DNA of 64,000 bases, taken from Octopus vulgaris. Taxonomy: Eukaryota. Positions within the stretch are counted from its first letter, which is position 1, and each line of letters begins with the position of its first letter. A program made the translations under genes and the position numbers. The notes under the pieces are model-generated. The model had not been told where the DNA came from, did not search any database, and saw only the letters and a program-made list of their open reading frames with translations. This document shows, piece by piece, positions 14,615-27,646 of the stretch. The stretch lies in NCBI GenBank assembly GCA_951406725.2, contig OX597820.1:75826001-75890000 (forward strand), in the 5' to 3' direction.

Positions 14615-14631
14615 GTGTGTGTGTGTGTGTG

Positions 14632-14714
<83 letters not shown>

Positions 14715-14749
14715 GTATACATTTGTATATATAATGTGTATATATATAT

Positions 14750-15120
14750 ATACATATTACATGTACATCTATATATACATCTACACAGAAAATGCAAAAT
14801 ACAAAGTTATATCTTGATGTCGCTAGTGATAACAATACTCAAAATATATAACAGACTGGAATTGTTAGCTCTTCTTTTTCCTCTACAGTGTGTACTTTAT
14901 AGACAATAGTCTTTTCTTTAATTTAATTTTTTATTATCCATCTGGACTATTCCATTTCTGCACGCTAATTTTATTTCTAATTTATTCCCATTCATGTGAA
15001 TAAATTTCAAATCATTGATGCAATTTTATACCAATTGCTATTTTTAGTTTTTGTTATGTTACGATTATATTATACTTTAGTTTGATTTTAATTATTACTT
15101 ACTACATATAATTCAATTGT

Positions 15121-15124
<4 letters not shown>
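14750..15124. repeat. About 375 bp near-identical duplicate of 16230-16605
   Basis: tgtacatctatatatacatctacacagaaaatgc...ctacatataattcaattgttatta is present twice. Confidence 0.92.
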
Positions 15125-15216
<92 letters not shown>

Positions 15217-15233
15217 ATACATTTGTATATATA

Positions 15234-15261
<28 letters not shown>

Positions 15262-15275
<14 letters not shown>

Positions 15276-16114
15276 GTGTGCATTATGTGGTCGGTTGTGC
15301 TGAAAATATGCACACCTATGTTAAAAGTGCTGGCGAGTTTGCATGGCAACTATTTTTTTCCTCAAATGAAAGGCGTGACATCTAGGACAAAATTCCTCAT
15401 CTTGTAAAATGTGATCCGAGTAGACACGAATGAAATCGGCTTATATTAACCAAAATGTGAAAAGAGGTCTAAATGGGGCTTGAATGGGATTTAAATTTAC
15501 AGGTGCGGGTGTTTAGGAATTCTCTGTTACATGAAGCTAAAAAAATTGCGCCAGCCTTTAAATCGTCAATGTGTTGCCGTCCATGATGAAGTTTTGAATG
15601 CTTGCCATGGTGAGTCTACTGTCGTGAGAAAGAATCACTTCAAAGCTTGGTGTTTAGGAATTTTCTTTTACATCAAGTTTAAAATTTTACGCCAGCCGTT
15701 AAACTGCTACTACGTTGCTGTCCGTCGTTAAGAAATGCCAGCCATGATGACTCTACTATCCTCAGATTCTATCCCTTCAAATTTTGGTTTCCAATATTTT
15801 TTTAATTTTTATTCAGCTCGCAAGTTCGTCTGTCCCTTTTAACTGTTAGTGTTTTGCTGTCTGCCTTGAAGCAGACCTTTCCGTTGTCACTGCCTGATAT
15901 TTATGATTGATCTTTTAAAATATTTCCTTTCTCAACTTACTCAAGATCTTTTGTTGTTTATAAATGGGAGAGAGAGATAGAGAAAGATAGAGTAAGAGAG
16001 TGGGAAAGTGAGAGAGAAACGAAGAGGGAGAATGTGGTGATAAAAACAGAAAGGAAGCAACAGAAAGTAACAACCACCCTCTTACCCGCGCGTAGAGCGG
16101 GTCACCTTAGGCTA

Positions 16115-16115
<1 letters not shown>
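15262..16115 (+). mobile_element. Non-autonomous Helitron of a second family
   Basis: 3' hairpin ACCCGC-gcgtaga-GCGGGT at 16084-16102, then CTAG|T at 16112-16116. The 5' end merges into (TA)n. Internal diverged direct repeats at about 15500-15790. Confidence 0.7.
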
Positions 16116-16159
<44 letters not shown>

Positions 16160-16161
16160 TA

Positions 16162-16880
16162 CTAGCATTAAAGATCCGTCGTTGCCGGGTCATAGTGCGA
16201 GTGCATGTATATATGTGTATATATATGTGTACATATTATATGTACATCTATATATACATCTACACAGAAAATGCAAAATACAAAGTTATATCTTGATGTC
16301 GCTAGTGATAACAATACTCAAAATATATAACAGACTGGAATTGTTAGCTCTTCTTTTTCCTCTACAGTGTGTACTTTATAGACAATAGTCTTTTCTTTAA
16401 TTTAATTTTTTATTATCCATCTGGACTATTCCATTTCTGCACGCTAATTTTATTTCTAATTTATTCCCATTCATGTGAATAAATTTCAAATCATTGATGC
16501 AATTTTATACCAATTGCTATTTTTAGTTTTTGTTATGTTACGATTATATTATACTTTAGTTTGATTTTAATTATTACTTACTACATATAATTCAATTGTT
16601 ATTATTATTTTTATTGTTAAAGTGAAAGCATTTGACATAAAATAGAGAAATATTTTTGTTTCACTTTTAACACGTAATACTGAAATAGTGGAGAAGATAT
16701 GATATTGCTATGGGCTCGTTCTAGGCAAGAAGTTGAACATTTTTTTGCCGCTGACACTCCCTAGACCTTAAGTAAGGCATGTGTAAAATTTGAATGAAAT
16801 TGGTTGTGTAGTTCTCAAGTTTTAGGGAAACACACAGACAGACAGACAGACACACATTCTTAGTTTTATATATATAAAGA
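16162..16880 (-). mobile_element. Non-autonomous Helitron, apparently complete
   Basis: 5' end TCTTTATATATATAAAACTAAGAATGTGTGTCTGTCTG. 3' hairpin GACCCG-gcaacga-CGGATC, 8 nt spacer, CTAG. Flanked by A and T. Confidence 0.8.
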
Positions 16881-18014
16881 TATATGGAAACAGTTGTGTA
16901 TCTGTGAGATGAATGCTTCTAGAAGACACACGTGCTTTCATTGTATTAGCATCATCTCAAAAAGATCTTTGCTCGAAATAGTTTTGTTTTATTATAATTC
17001 CAAGCTATTGTCTGCCATCTTTGAACATTTACAAAACACGAGATATGGTGAACATCGAGATTATTGTAAATAAATTCCGTATATCTTAAATTCAAAGCAC
17101 ATATCTTTGGAATTCGAATTGTTTTCGCAAAAGTTATTCACAATTTGGTATTTAAAGTTTAAATCAGAAAATTGGACAAGGTAATCTTACTTTGCAACGT
17201 CGTGGCTTCGTGTTCAAGCTCACCGCGCGGCAATTTATGGGCGCGACTCCCGTGTCGACCAATGTCTTATAAGCAAATTTGGTTGCCAGAAATCGTGCGG
17301 AAGCGCGTCCTTTATATGTTTGTATATACATGATTGTGTGTGTGTGTGTGGTTATGTATATAAGCCCTAACATTCACTCTATAATGCACCGACGGGCATA
17401 TGGCGTAGTGGTTAAGAGCGTGGGACTAGGAAGTTATATATTATAGGACTAGGAAGTTTTTGCTCCAATTTTCAAAACTATAAGAAGAATACAGCTACAA
17501 AAATAACATAAACAGTCGAACAAATACTTTTAGGTGTGACTGCTTGGCATGAAGTTGGCTTCCAAACCAAATGGTACCGGTTCCAGTTCTACTGCGTGGC
17601 ACCTAGAGCGTTTGTCGACCCGGGGCTGTCGCCTAAAAGTTGTCACGGGTCGATCAAAGCCTTGTGAATGGATTTGATAGACGGTAGGAGCTTGCTTCCC
17701 GATCATATATACTTATTATTGACCCAGAATGGCTATAGGATTCGAATTCAGATTGCAGGCACCCGCAGCGATAAACGCATAATATTCTTCCTGAAAACAG
17801 AAAAAATAAAATGAGTCTAGAAATATAACAGATTCCCGTTCCTGCACGAAAGGCAACGCCATAAAACAGGAAACAAAACTGGCGTTGGGGTGTGGTTAGA
17901 AGTTTGATTCCCAACCACATGGTTCCGTGTTCAATCTCATTGCATGGCAACTTCGATGAGCGTCTGTTGTAAGTTCCTCAGGCTGAGGCAAAGCCTTGTG
18001 AGTGGAAGAAGACA

Positions 18015-18105
18015 GATGGTGTACACAACAAACAGATGTATTAGTTTAACGCTCGGGAAGTGAAAAAGTCTTTAACGTTCGAACCTACACTCTTCCACAG
18101 AAAGA
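18015..18105 (-). mobile_element. Solo fragment of the Penelope 3' pLTR seen at 40600-40737
   Basis: Reverse complement ctttctgtggaagagtgtaggttcgaacgttaaagac...ttcccgagcgttaaactaataca matches 40604-40680. Confidence 0.75.
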
Positions 18106-18127
18106 AATTTATATGTATATATATATA

Positions 18128-18335
18128 ATAGTGTACATTTAAACACAAGAGAAAACTGCCTTAAACAGGCAGTTTTTACACGCTAGAAGAAGTAGTCAAA
18201 ACGACCAGTTTTTATTTTTCATTCTTTTGAAGATTACTCTTAAAATGTGATTTTGATCGTTTTGACTACTTCTTCCAGCGTGTAGAAACTGCCTGTTGAA
18301 GGCAGTTTTCTCTTGTGTTTCAATGTACACTATTT
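18128..18335. repeat. Foldback element with arms of about 80 bp in TA context
   Basis: aatagtgtacatttaaacacaagagaaaactgcctt...gtagtcaaaacga pairs with tcgttttgactac...aaggcagttttctcttgtgtttcaatgtacactatt. Confidence 0.9.
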
Positions 18336-18434
18336 TATATTAAGATGTTGTCTATTGACTTTTTATACATGCTACGCCACTGGTAGGGACATTTCCCCCA
18401 CCCCCCAAAAAACTCATAACTCTATATTTTACGT

Positions 18435-18510
<76 letters not shown>

Positions 18511-18771
18511 GTGTAAGTATATATATATACACACATATATATATATATGTATGTGTTTGCGTGTTCGTCTCTCCTTGTTTGACAACCGCTGCTGGTGCGT
18601 TTACGTCCCCGTAATCCAGCGGTTCGGGAAAAGAGACCGATAGAATATGTACTAAGCTTATCAAGAGTATTACTGGAGTATACGATTTGGTCTACTAAAA
18701 GTGGTGCTCCAGCATGGCTGAAGTTAAATGACTGAAACAAGTAAAAGAAAAAGAATATATATATATGTATG

Positions 18772-18828
<57 letters not shown>

Positions 18829-18830
<2 letters not shown>

Positions 18831-20122
18831 CTTAGATAAACTTAGATATGTTTCGACCATGCCATGTCCAGGCCATGTCTAACTTAATAGCACCACCTGA
18901 TATGATTATCTAAATCCTGTTTAAGTCAAGTTTTGCTTGTGGTCCATTCAAGTAGTGAGTTTTTGTTGGATGAGTTGTATCCAATTATGGATCGCTTATC
19001 TGGTATTCCTTGAAGGAATCTATCCAGACTCGGTTTAAAGTTGATGGGATCCTTTTTCTCTTTGATCTCTTTCGGGACAATGTTAAATAGTGCGGTGCCT
19101 GTTGAGGAAAAGAAATTATGTTGCAGTGTACCTATATGCTGTGATCCTGAATTGGGCAGGGGACGTATGGCCCGTTGTCCCAGTCTTGGATGAACCTTGA
19201 AGCTAATGTTCAGATCGTTTGGGCAAAGTCAGCGTTATATTCTCCACATCGTACAAATGATGTACCGCTCAGGGCGACGCTGGAGAGAGTAGAGTTTCAA
19301 GGCTTTAAGGCGGTCCCAATAATCGAGAGCAGCCATGCCTTCAATTCGTTTAGTGAGTGCCCTCTGGGGTGATTCAATCCTCGAGATGTTTTGTCTTGTA
19401 TGGGGAGACCACAGTGGGCAGCAGTATTCGAGGTGTGACCGTACAAAGGAGGAGAAAGTGATATGATGACACCTTGTTCTCTGGACCAGAAGGTTCTTAA
19501 GATCCAAGAACTCATCCTACGAGCTATATCGACTTTATTGTTGATGTGGGCACTCCAACTGAGATTGTCATCGACAATTATGCCAAGGTCTCTGATATTG
19601 TTAGAGGCTGTGAGCGGTTCCTCTGAAGGAAGAGATTATGACTGTTTTAGTGTGGACTTTCTTCCAAAATGCATCAGCTCAAATTTTCCCTCGTTCAGTT
19701 GCATTTTGTTTCTACCTGCCCATTGACTCACAGCATATAGATCAGACTGGAGTTGAGTTCGGTCTGCTTCTTCATTGAGGATTGGCTGGAGCATAATGTC
19801 ATCAGCAAATATTTTCACTTTGCAGTAATGTACGACACTGGAAAGTTCGTTTATATAAATTATAAAGAGGAGCGGGCCCAAGACAGTGCCCTGGGGGACA
19901 CCGCTGGTGACTTTTTATGGGCTTGAGTGAACTCTATCGACTACAACATGTTGTGTTCTATTCGCCAGGAAATACTTAATCCAGTGTAGAAGTTTTCCAC
20001 GGATTCCAAAATTTGCCAATTTTGAGAGTAGGATATTATGGTCAACCCTGTCGAACGCTTTAATGAAGTCAAGATATATGACATCAGATTTCGAACCTGT
20101 TCCCAAAGCTTTAAGTATATCT
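18829..20122 (-). mobile_element. 5'-truncated, degenerate CR1-group LINE (RT C-terminal half plus 3' tail)
   Basis: Fragments DVIYLDFIKAFDRVDH, GVPQGTVLGPLLFIIYIN...KIFADD and VRSHLEYCCPLWSP...YWDRLKALKLYSLQRR lie in different frames. The 3' end carries a repeated TCTAAGTT(TA) tail running into (TA)n. Confidence 0.92.
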
Positions 20123-20496
20123 TCAATGTGGTGTAAGAGCTGTGTTAGACAGTCCCTGCGTACTGATGGCGATTTGTTCGACTACCCAACACCGCCTTCA
20201 AGACGCTTCTTTTATGTGTACCTACACATAAAAGAAGCATGTGTTGTGTGTGTTTGAATGCAAGTTTGAAATTTAGAATGTCCAGTCCTAGACAGAGGTT
20301 AGCGATTTGAAACTGGGCAATAAACCTCGAACTTTGCTTGTAGGCGAATTTTCGCAAAACATAACAACAGCGTAAAAGCAAAAATCGTCAATTTGAATAA
20401 GCACATACACACGTACGCACTAACAGGCGCGAACACCATACACACACACGTGATATGCATGTATGCAATTATGCAGCCGTGTGTCGTTCCGTGTAA

Positions 20497-20547
<51 letters not shown>

Positions 20548-21167
20548 GGTGTGTGCCTGTATGCATGTCTATCTACGTGTGCGTGTGTGTGTTCTTGTGA
20601 TCTTGGCATCCATGACAAGGTGTATATATGCCTATGCGCGCAGATCACACGGATTAAATTGCACCACGATACACATCCGCACGCACTCAACCATGGAGGC
20701 TCCTCACTTGAACAATAACTCACTTTTCTCTTCTACCTCTCATACGTACCATTCTCACTCACTCTCTTACCCTTTCCTCTTCCCTACTTCCCACTCTTAT
20801 TCTCTCTCTCTCTTTCTCTCTCTCACACACACACACACATTTCCATATTGTCTTTTGTTTCCTCAATGCAAATTATATTTCTATAAAATAAACCATAGTT
20901 ACACCGGATGTTTGAATCATTTGCAACGCTTTATTCAAGTTCAATAAGGTGATCTTTTAGTTTCAGCCTTTCCCGCCTTGTTTTAAATTGAACGAATATT
21001 CAGGCTTTCATAAAACAAGAAAGTCAGCGTTGGTATTACTATTTCAATTTTTCATTTTTACATTTATTTAATATGGTCTCCTAATGTATGCACTTGCATA
21101 TATATTTATGGATATGCATGCACACATGTGCACGCACACACACACACACTCACTCAACCACATATAA

Positions 21168-21828
21168 GAGTGGCTGTGTGGTAAATAGCTTGCTTACCAA
21201 CCACATGGTTCCGGGTTCATTCCCACTGCGTGGCACCTTGGGCAAGTGTCTTCTACTATAGCCTCGGTCCGAGCAAAGCATTGTGAGTGGATTTGGTAGA
21301 CGGAAACTGAAAGAAGCTCGTCGTATATATGTATATAGGTATGTGGTGTGCGTATATGTTTGTTATTTATTTATTGCCCACAAGGGGCTAAACATAGAGG
21401 GGACAAACAAGGACAGACAAAGGGATTAAGTCGATTACACCGACCCCAGTGCGTAGCTGATACTTAATTTGTCGACCCCGAAAGGATGAAAGGCAAAGTC
21501 GACCTTGGCGGAATTTGAACTCAGTACGTAACGGCAGACGAAATACGGCTAAGCATTTCACCCGGCGAGCTAACGTTTCTGTTAACTCGCCGCCTGTGTG
21601 TATACGTTTGTACCTCTGTGTTTCTCCTCCCACTCCACCCCAACATCGCTTGACATCGATGCTGGTGTGTTTACGTCCCCGTAACTTATCGGTTCGGCAA
21701 AAAGAGACCGATAGAATAAGTACTAGGCTTACAAAAAGAATAAGTGCTGTGGTCGATTTGCTCCACTAAATGCAGTGCTCTAGCATGGCCACAGTCAAAT
21801 GACTGAAACAAGTAAAAGAGTAAAAGAG
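21168..21828 (+). mobile_element. SINE family A, full length, with nested SINE B
   Basis: Head 21168-21330 and tail 21595-21828 match the family consensus. Confidence 0.9.
21363..21594 (-). mobile_element. SINE family B nested in SINE A. Other copies near 31455-31665, 31945-32120, 34200-34400, 50070-50292, 57788-58140 and 59580-59780
   Basis: Reverse complement of the 4672-4907 consensus. Confidence 0.88.
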
Positions 21829-21887
21829 GCATATGTCCATACACACGCACACAAACACACATTCATAAGTACATATGAATGTATATA

Positions 21888-22347
21888 CTGGGTGATTGGA
21901 AAGTAACCCCCTATTTTAAAATACTTATAAACAATAAATTAATTTAATTTTTTTTCTTAAATGTTTATGTTTGTTTTTTGATGTATGAGAATATAAATTG
22001 AAATCAAGTTGTTCTTGTCGTTGGTGAGTGTCTGAATACCCACGTTCCCGGGAGATGGATGCGTCGTTGTGGTCTGCATTAATGGCCCGCCAGGAGCCCC
22101 GACTTTGGAAGAACATGAAGGGCAAATACGAGAAGTTATGTCTTCTTCCATCCCACAAAACTTTCTGGTGAAATCATATGACACTATTTCTGGGTGACTC
22201 AAGTAGCTGGTGGCGACATCTGCAAGCTCGTATCAAATTTTAAATAAAACCTCGCGCTAAAAGCTTTCCTCTCGTATCCATTTTTTTTTTGTAAAAATTA
22301 CAATTAATAAAGTATTTTAAAATAACGAGTTATTTTTCAGTCACTCT
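21888..22347. mobile_element. Tc1/mariner-type MITE
   Basis: Imperfect TIRs: ctgggtgattggaaagtaaccccctattttaaaatactt and aagtattttaaaataacgagttatttttcagtcactct. TA on both sides. Confidence 0.75.
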
Positions 22348-22381
22348 TATTAGATATATATATTGACGCATGTTTCTATTA

Positions 22382-22454
<73 letters not shown>

Positions 22455-22535
22455 GCTATCTATCTATCTATCTATCTATCTGTATGTATGTCTGTCTGTC
22501 TGTCTGTCTGTCTGTCTAAATATCTATCTGTGCAT

Positions 22536-22571
<36 letters not shown>

Positions 22572-23140
22572 CTCTATCCATATATGAATGTATATAGCTA
22601 TCAGCTACGGAAGAATTAACAGCAGAGCTGGCCCATGATGGACTTTAACTTATATCTCAAAGCTGCTGAACGCGTATAACACAAGACCTTCCATCGAGCC
22701 AATCATTAATTGTTCTGATGATTCGGCCCCTTTCCTATTTCACGGAACGAGAAGGTTTTTATCAAATTTTTCTGGGACTTATAAGACCAGTTACTTGGTC
22801 TCCATGGCGTATACATGATTCAGATAAGAACATTCTACTTGAACGGACACCTATCGGCTGCAAGGTTTAATGTCAACAATTTTGATTTGAGGGGTCAAGC
22901 CGATTACATCGACCATTTCGTTGTCTTCAGAACAGCAACAACAATTCATTCTAGTATAAACACATGACGAGAATTTTAGTTTCATATCTTATTCCGACGC
23001 ACACCTGATACCTCAGTAGTTGATTTATCTCGCTGCGAGCTCTGTGTTATTGTAGCTAACCATTTAAGGCGCCCTGCATATTGATGTGCCTAGATTCTAT
23101 TGAACCCTATAACCAATCTCTCTCTCTCTCACTCTCTTTT

Positions 23141-23174
<34 letters not shown>

Positions 23175-23819
23175 CTGTCTGTCTGTCTGTCTGTCTATCA
23201 ATCTATTTATTTATTTATCTATCTATCTGCTTTTTCTATATGTCTATATGTCTGTATGTCTACACACACGCACACACACACACACACACACTGGTAGGCA
23301 GACTGTGTTTATGGGAGCAGGGTTGTACTTGAGACCTCTATAACTAAATAATTGATAAAATGTATGATCCCGTTAGATGCTTGGTTGTTTTCCTGTGAAT
23401 ACTCATGAACACCATATTCGCGTTGGAGATGAACACTAAGCGTTCGTATTACTTATACATACATGCATATATATTATAGTAAACGCACATATGTTTGTAT
23501 GTGAGTGAACATGTTTGCTATATGCATATGTGATATATATATGTGACACATATATATATATATACAAGCACACATGCATGGATATATTTATAGACAATAT
23601 CGCTAAAAGTAATGACACCCAGATGGACTAGGGAGCCTCAACCATGATGTGATCAGTAAATAAATGAATAAAAATGCGTTCGTAAACCGTCGAGTGCGAG
23701 TTGGCTCCTCTTTTCTCCCGTATTTAGCCTTTCTATGAGAAGTTTATCTGATGATCTTTACCGAATCACAGAGATAGATGGATAAATAGAGAGATAGAGA
23801 GATAGACAGATAGATAGAT

Positions 23820-24102
23820 AACTTTCTTTATTGGCCACACAGGGCTGAATAAAGAGGGGACAAATACAAATGTAGAACTTTTCTTTTCGAAGATGGAAAA
23901 AAAAAGAACAAAAAAGGAAACAAATGTAAAATTTCACTCAAAAGGGATCGGGAAAAAATGGGATCAAAAGGGATCGTGTATCACAGAAACAAATATTTTT
24001 AACAGTAAGAAACAAGATTAGGTTCATCCGTGGGAAGAAAAGCTTACAGAAAAGTCCACGGTAACCTCAGTCAGGGAGGGAATAAACACATGAGAGCAAA
24101 GT

Positions 24103-24103
<1 letters not shown>
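23820..24103 (-). mobile_element. Probable LINE 3' UTR fragment whose terminus matches the SINE family B tail
   Basis: Minus-strand end tttgtcccctctttattcagccctgtgtggccaataaagaaag compared with SINE B tttgtcccctctatgtttagccccttgtgggcaataaataaat. Confidence 0.6.
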
Positions 24104-24152
<49 letters not shown>

Positions 24153-24479
24153 GATTTACAGGATGTGTGTGTGTATTTTCTCACCCGACATCACAAAATG
24201 CGTCTGAATAAACATTGCCGGACAGCAAATAGAGACTCGGACATTGCTTAGAAAATAATTTTCATTTTTAACGTAGTATATAGTACGCATTAAGGATTTT
24301 GACCTTTAAATTTTGGGAAAAATGCGGATTATACTCGAGGATTTACAGTATATATATATATATATATATACATATACACATACAATACACGCATACAGAT
24401 ATAAATGTATAACATGGAAAAATGCGAGCTACACAAATAATAATATTCTTAAGATTATAAAAGCTAGGAAAATAGCAGG

Positions 24480-25160
24480 ACAAGTTATTACATCTGGTAA
24501 AAGTACAAAACAAGAAAATTTTTACTAAAAATTTTGCAGCTAATGATAAAATTTCAAATAAAATATTTAGATTTAGAAAATATTAGCTTTAATTAAAACT
24601 AAAAATTTTGTTATAAGTTATTACTTCTATTTGCAATTACTTGCAATGTCTATTAAAAATTGAAAATAACACAAAATATTTTCTGCATTTAATAAATTTC
24701 ATTTTCTTGTTATTATTAATTGATAATTTGAAATTTGAAAATCAATTATAAAAAATTTTAATAGTACATAATTAGTTAGTAAAATAAATAAAATAATATA
24801 AAAAATAGTTATACTTTACAGTAAAATCTACCTATAACAACAAATTCACAGTAAAATTTGATTGAGTTATTGCCTAAGTTATTACCAAGTCTTGACATTT
24901 TTAGTCTTGTCCGAATGCCTATTTGTACATTGTGAATTTGCCAACTATAGATACTATTCAACTTTGCATATTGGTACTTCTGGCTATCATTTTAAAGTTT
25001 CCTGGTGTGTCAATATTTTACCAAAATGATGGTACCTTTTTTAATTATAATGTTACTTTGTAAATTAAAGTCAAATAATTTTTAATATTCAAATTTTATC
25101 GTTAGCTACAATATTTTAAGTAAAAAAATTTCTTGTTCTGTACCAGATGTAATAATTTGT
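24480..25160. repeat. AT-rich element with imperfect terminal inverted repeats of about 80 bp (MITE or foldback-like)
   Basis: ttattacatctggta..acaagaaaatttttact..gctaatgataaaattt pairs with aaattttatcgttagct..agtaaaaaaatttcttgt..taccagatgtaataa. Confidence 0.7.
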
Positions 25161-27558
25161 AGTAGAGATTGTTTGCCAACATAACATGGCAGTCTTGGTT
25201 TAGGACGAATGTTGCTGTAATTTATTTCTTTTGCTCGCATTTTCCCGTGTAATGCATGTTTGTTTTTTTCCAGTCTATTCTCTTATGCCAATAAATAATT
25301 TAAGATTTTACCTTATTGAGAATTGACTTTGATAAACTTTCAAAGAGCAACAGCTGCTGATTTTACCCATCCACGCCAAATTACTGGTAGAAAATTTTAC
25401 CATCGTAAAGTTTGCACCATCACTCACTAATCGGTTACAAATAACAAGACCCCAAAACGATCAGTTACTAGGCTCACCTTGCGTAACCTAGATTTTGAGT
25501 TGGTGATAATAGCAATGCTTGCTGCTGATCTAGATCTATCAATAATGATTCAATACAGCACTAATTATGAAAGTACATCAGATATACACAAGTGAATATT
25601 ACATACATTCTCATAATACAAAAACTGATTTATGAAAATCCCATTAAATTTATTTCGATATTAAATAACAAGTTTAGAATAATAACTTTATAACAATGCC
25701 TCTTCTGGACAGACTTACAACATGCCTTCAGGTTTGCCCATAGAAACAGCCAAAAATGACTAAATTCTTTCCCCAATGAAATTAGATATGTATATCTGAA
25801 GCATATGACACATTAATGAACTAGCCCGATTAAATAATTAGCTAAAAAGAAAAAGGAAAGTAAATAAAAAGAAATTAGCAAAAAACGCAGAAGGTAAGTT
25901 AGGCTGAAAGAGAAGATGAATAATAAAAGTTAAACTTACTTAAGTGCAGCAGCATATTAAAAATATCTTTATTAATTAAATATTAAATTTTAAGAATAAG
26001 TTGTGGTATATAAGCACTTTTCTGAACATGACTTACTACATGACTTCAGTACTGCCCCTAAAGACACTGCCAGAAATGTCTATATTCTATCAAGTGAATT
26101 TGGAATTTCAAAGAAGATAAAGATAAAATAAAGTTATTGTCTTATGCAAATATATTTTCCTGCAATAATTAATAAATTATATGCATTTTTATAAGGAAAA
26201 AATTACTGATTTCATTACAAGGAACAACAACTACAACATTTTCATCATCTTGAATTTGCAACATAGCTCACCAAACGATAGCAAATTGCAAGGCCACCAA
26301 AATTTTCAGTGACCAGGCTCACCATAAGTCACGTAGATCTTGAGATGATGAAACTAATATTAATTATTTCTAATTGAAATGAAAAATAAACACTTGTATT
26401 ATGTAAAAAACTAAATTTAATTAACAATGGTCAATGACGTATAATTTATTAAAGTATATAAAATCATTGCTAATAAATTAAAAATTAAAAGTGATTTAAA
26501 ATGTAATCACTTAAAATTGTGCCTTTTCTGAACAGCCCTACTATATGATTCCGTACTGCTCTTAGACATAGTCACAAGTGGTTATATTTTGTTGAATAAT
26601 TTAGGTTGTTTAAAACAAAAATTAATATAAAGTTATTTATAAAAACAAGTAATCCCCCCCAACCCACATCCCCCAAACCCTTCATTGGAAAACTGAAAAA
26701 TTGGATTATTAAACAAACTTGTTTACTTTATTTTAAAATTGTAATATTAAGAATCCCAATACGAAAGTAGATTAATTGTTAATGAAATTATGAATGTGAA
26801 AGATTTACGAGTGTGTGTATTTTATTATTTAATTTAATGGAACTAAAACTATGGAATTCCTTGCGGTGTTGTTAATAATTTTTTCCTTGCTTCAATGATG
26901 CCGGTGACATATATTAAAAGTCCCCTTATAGAACTATATTCATTAAAAAGTATAGAATTATATTATCACCCTGAAATTTGAGAAACAAACAATCATAACT
27001 TTTTTTCTTTTAGAACATTATTGCATGAGATCGATACCATGAAATTCCCCGAATTAAGTTTTATCAGTTAAGCTTAATTAAAATATAGTTTGTTTTTAAA
27101 ATAAAAATAGTTAATTACACTTAAATCCAATTTTATGCCTTATAATTATTTTCATGATATTTTACCTCACAACTTTTTATACAAATTTTTATTGCATGGG
27201 ACCAAAACTATGAAATTCCTCCTGCTTTCTTCTGTCATTTAAGCTAAGATAAATATAGTTTGCTTTCAAAATATAAAAAATATTATTTAAATCTAAGCTT
27301 GATTGGAGGCGTTACTTACTCTCCTGTAACGTTCCAAAAAATGCTTATGTAAACTTTTTTCTACTGGACTAAATCTCTATCTTTTTATGTCAAAATGTAA
27401 CTAGGGACCAGTCCTCTTCAAAAATGCATGTTTTCAAATCGGTTAAGAACTGAATTGTCGACGAAGTCTGAAAAATTTTGCGTGTGAGTAAATTGCAACC
27501 TTAAGAATATTATTCAACTATTACCATGGTTGAATGATAGATATAAATATACATATGA

Positions 27559-27618
<60 letters not shown>

Positions 27619-27646
27619 TATGTATGTATAAACATAAATATATGTA

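Noticed and set aside
22715-22770. CTGATGA as a possible hammerhead core
   Set aside because: No properly placed GAAA-NUH or helix I downstream.
23748-23780. CTGATGA...GAAT motif
   Set aside because: No helix II or III; could not support a hammerhead or a C/D snoRNA.
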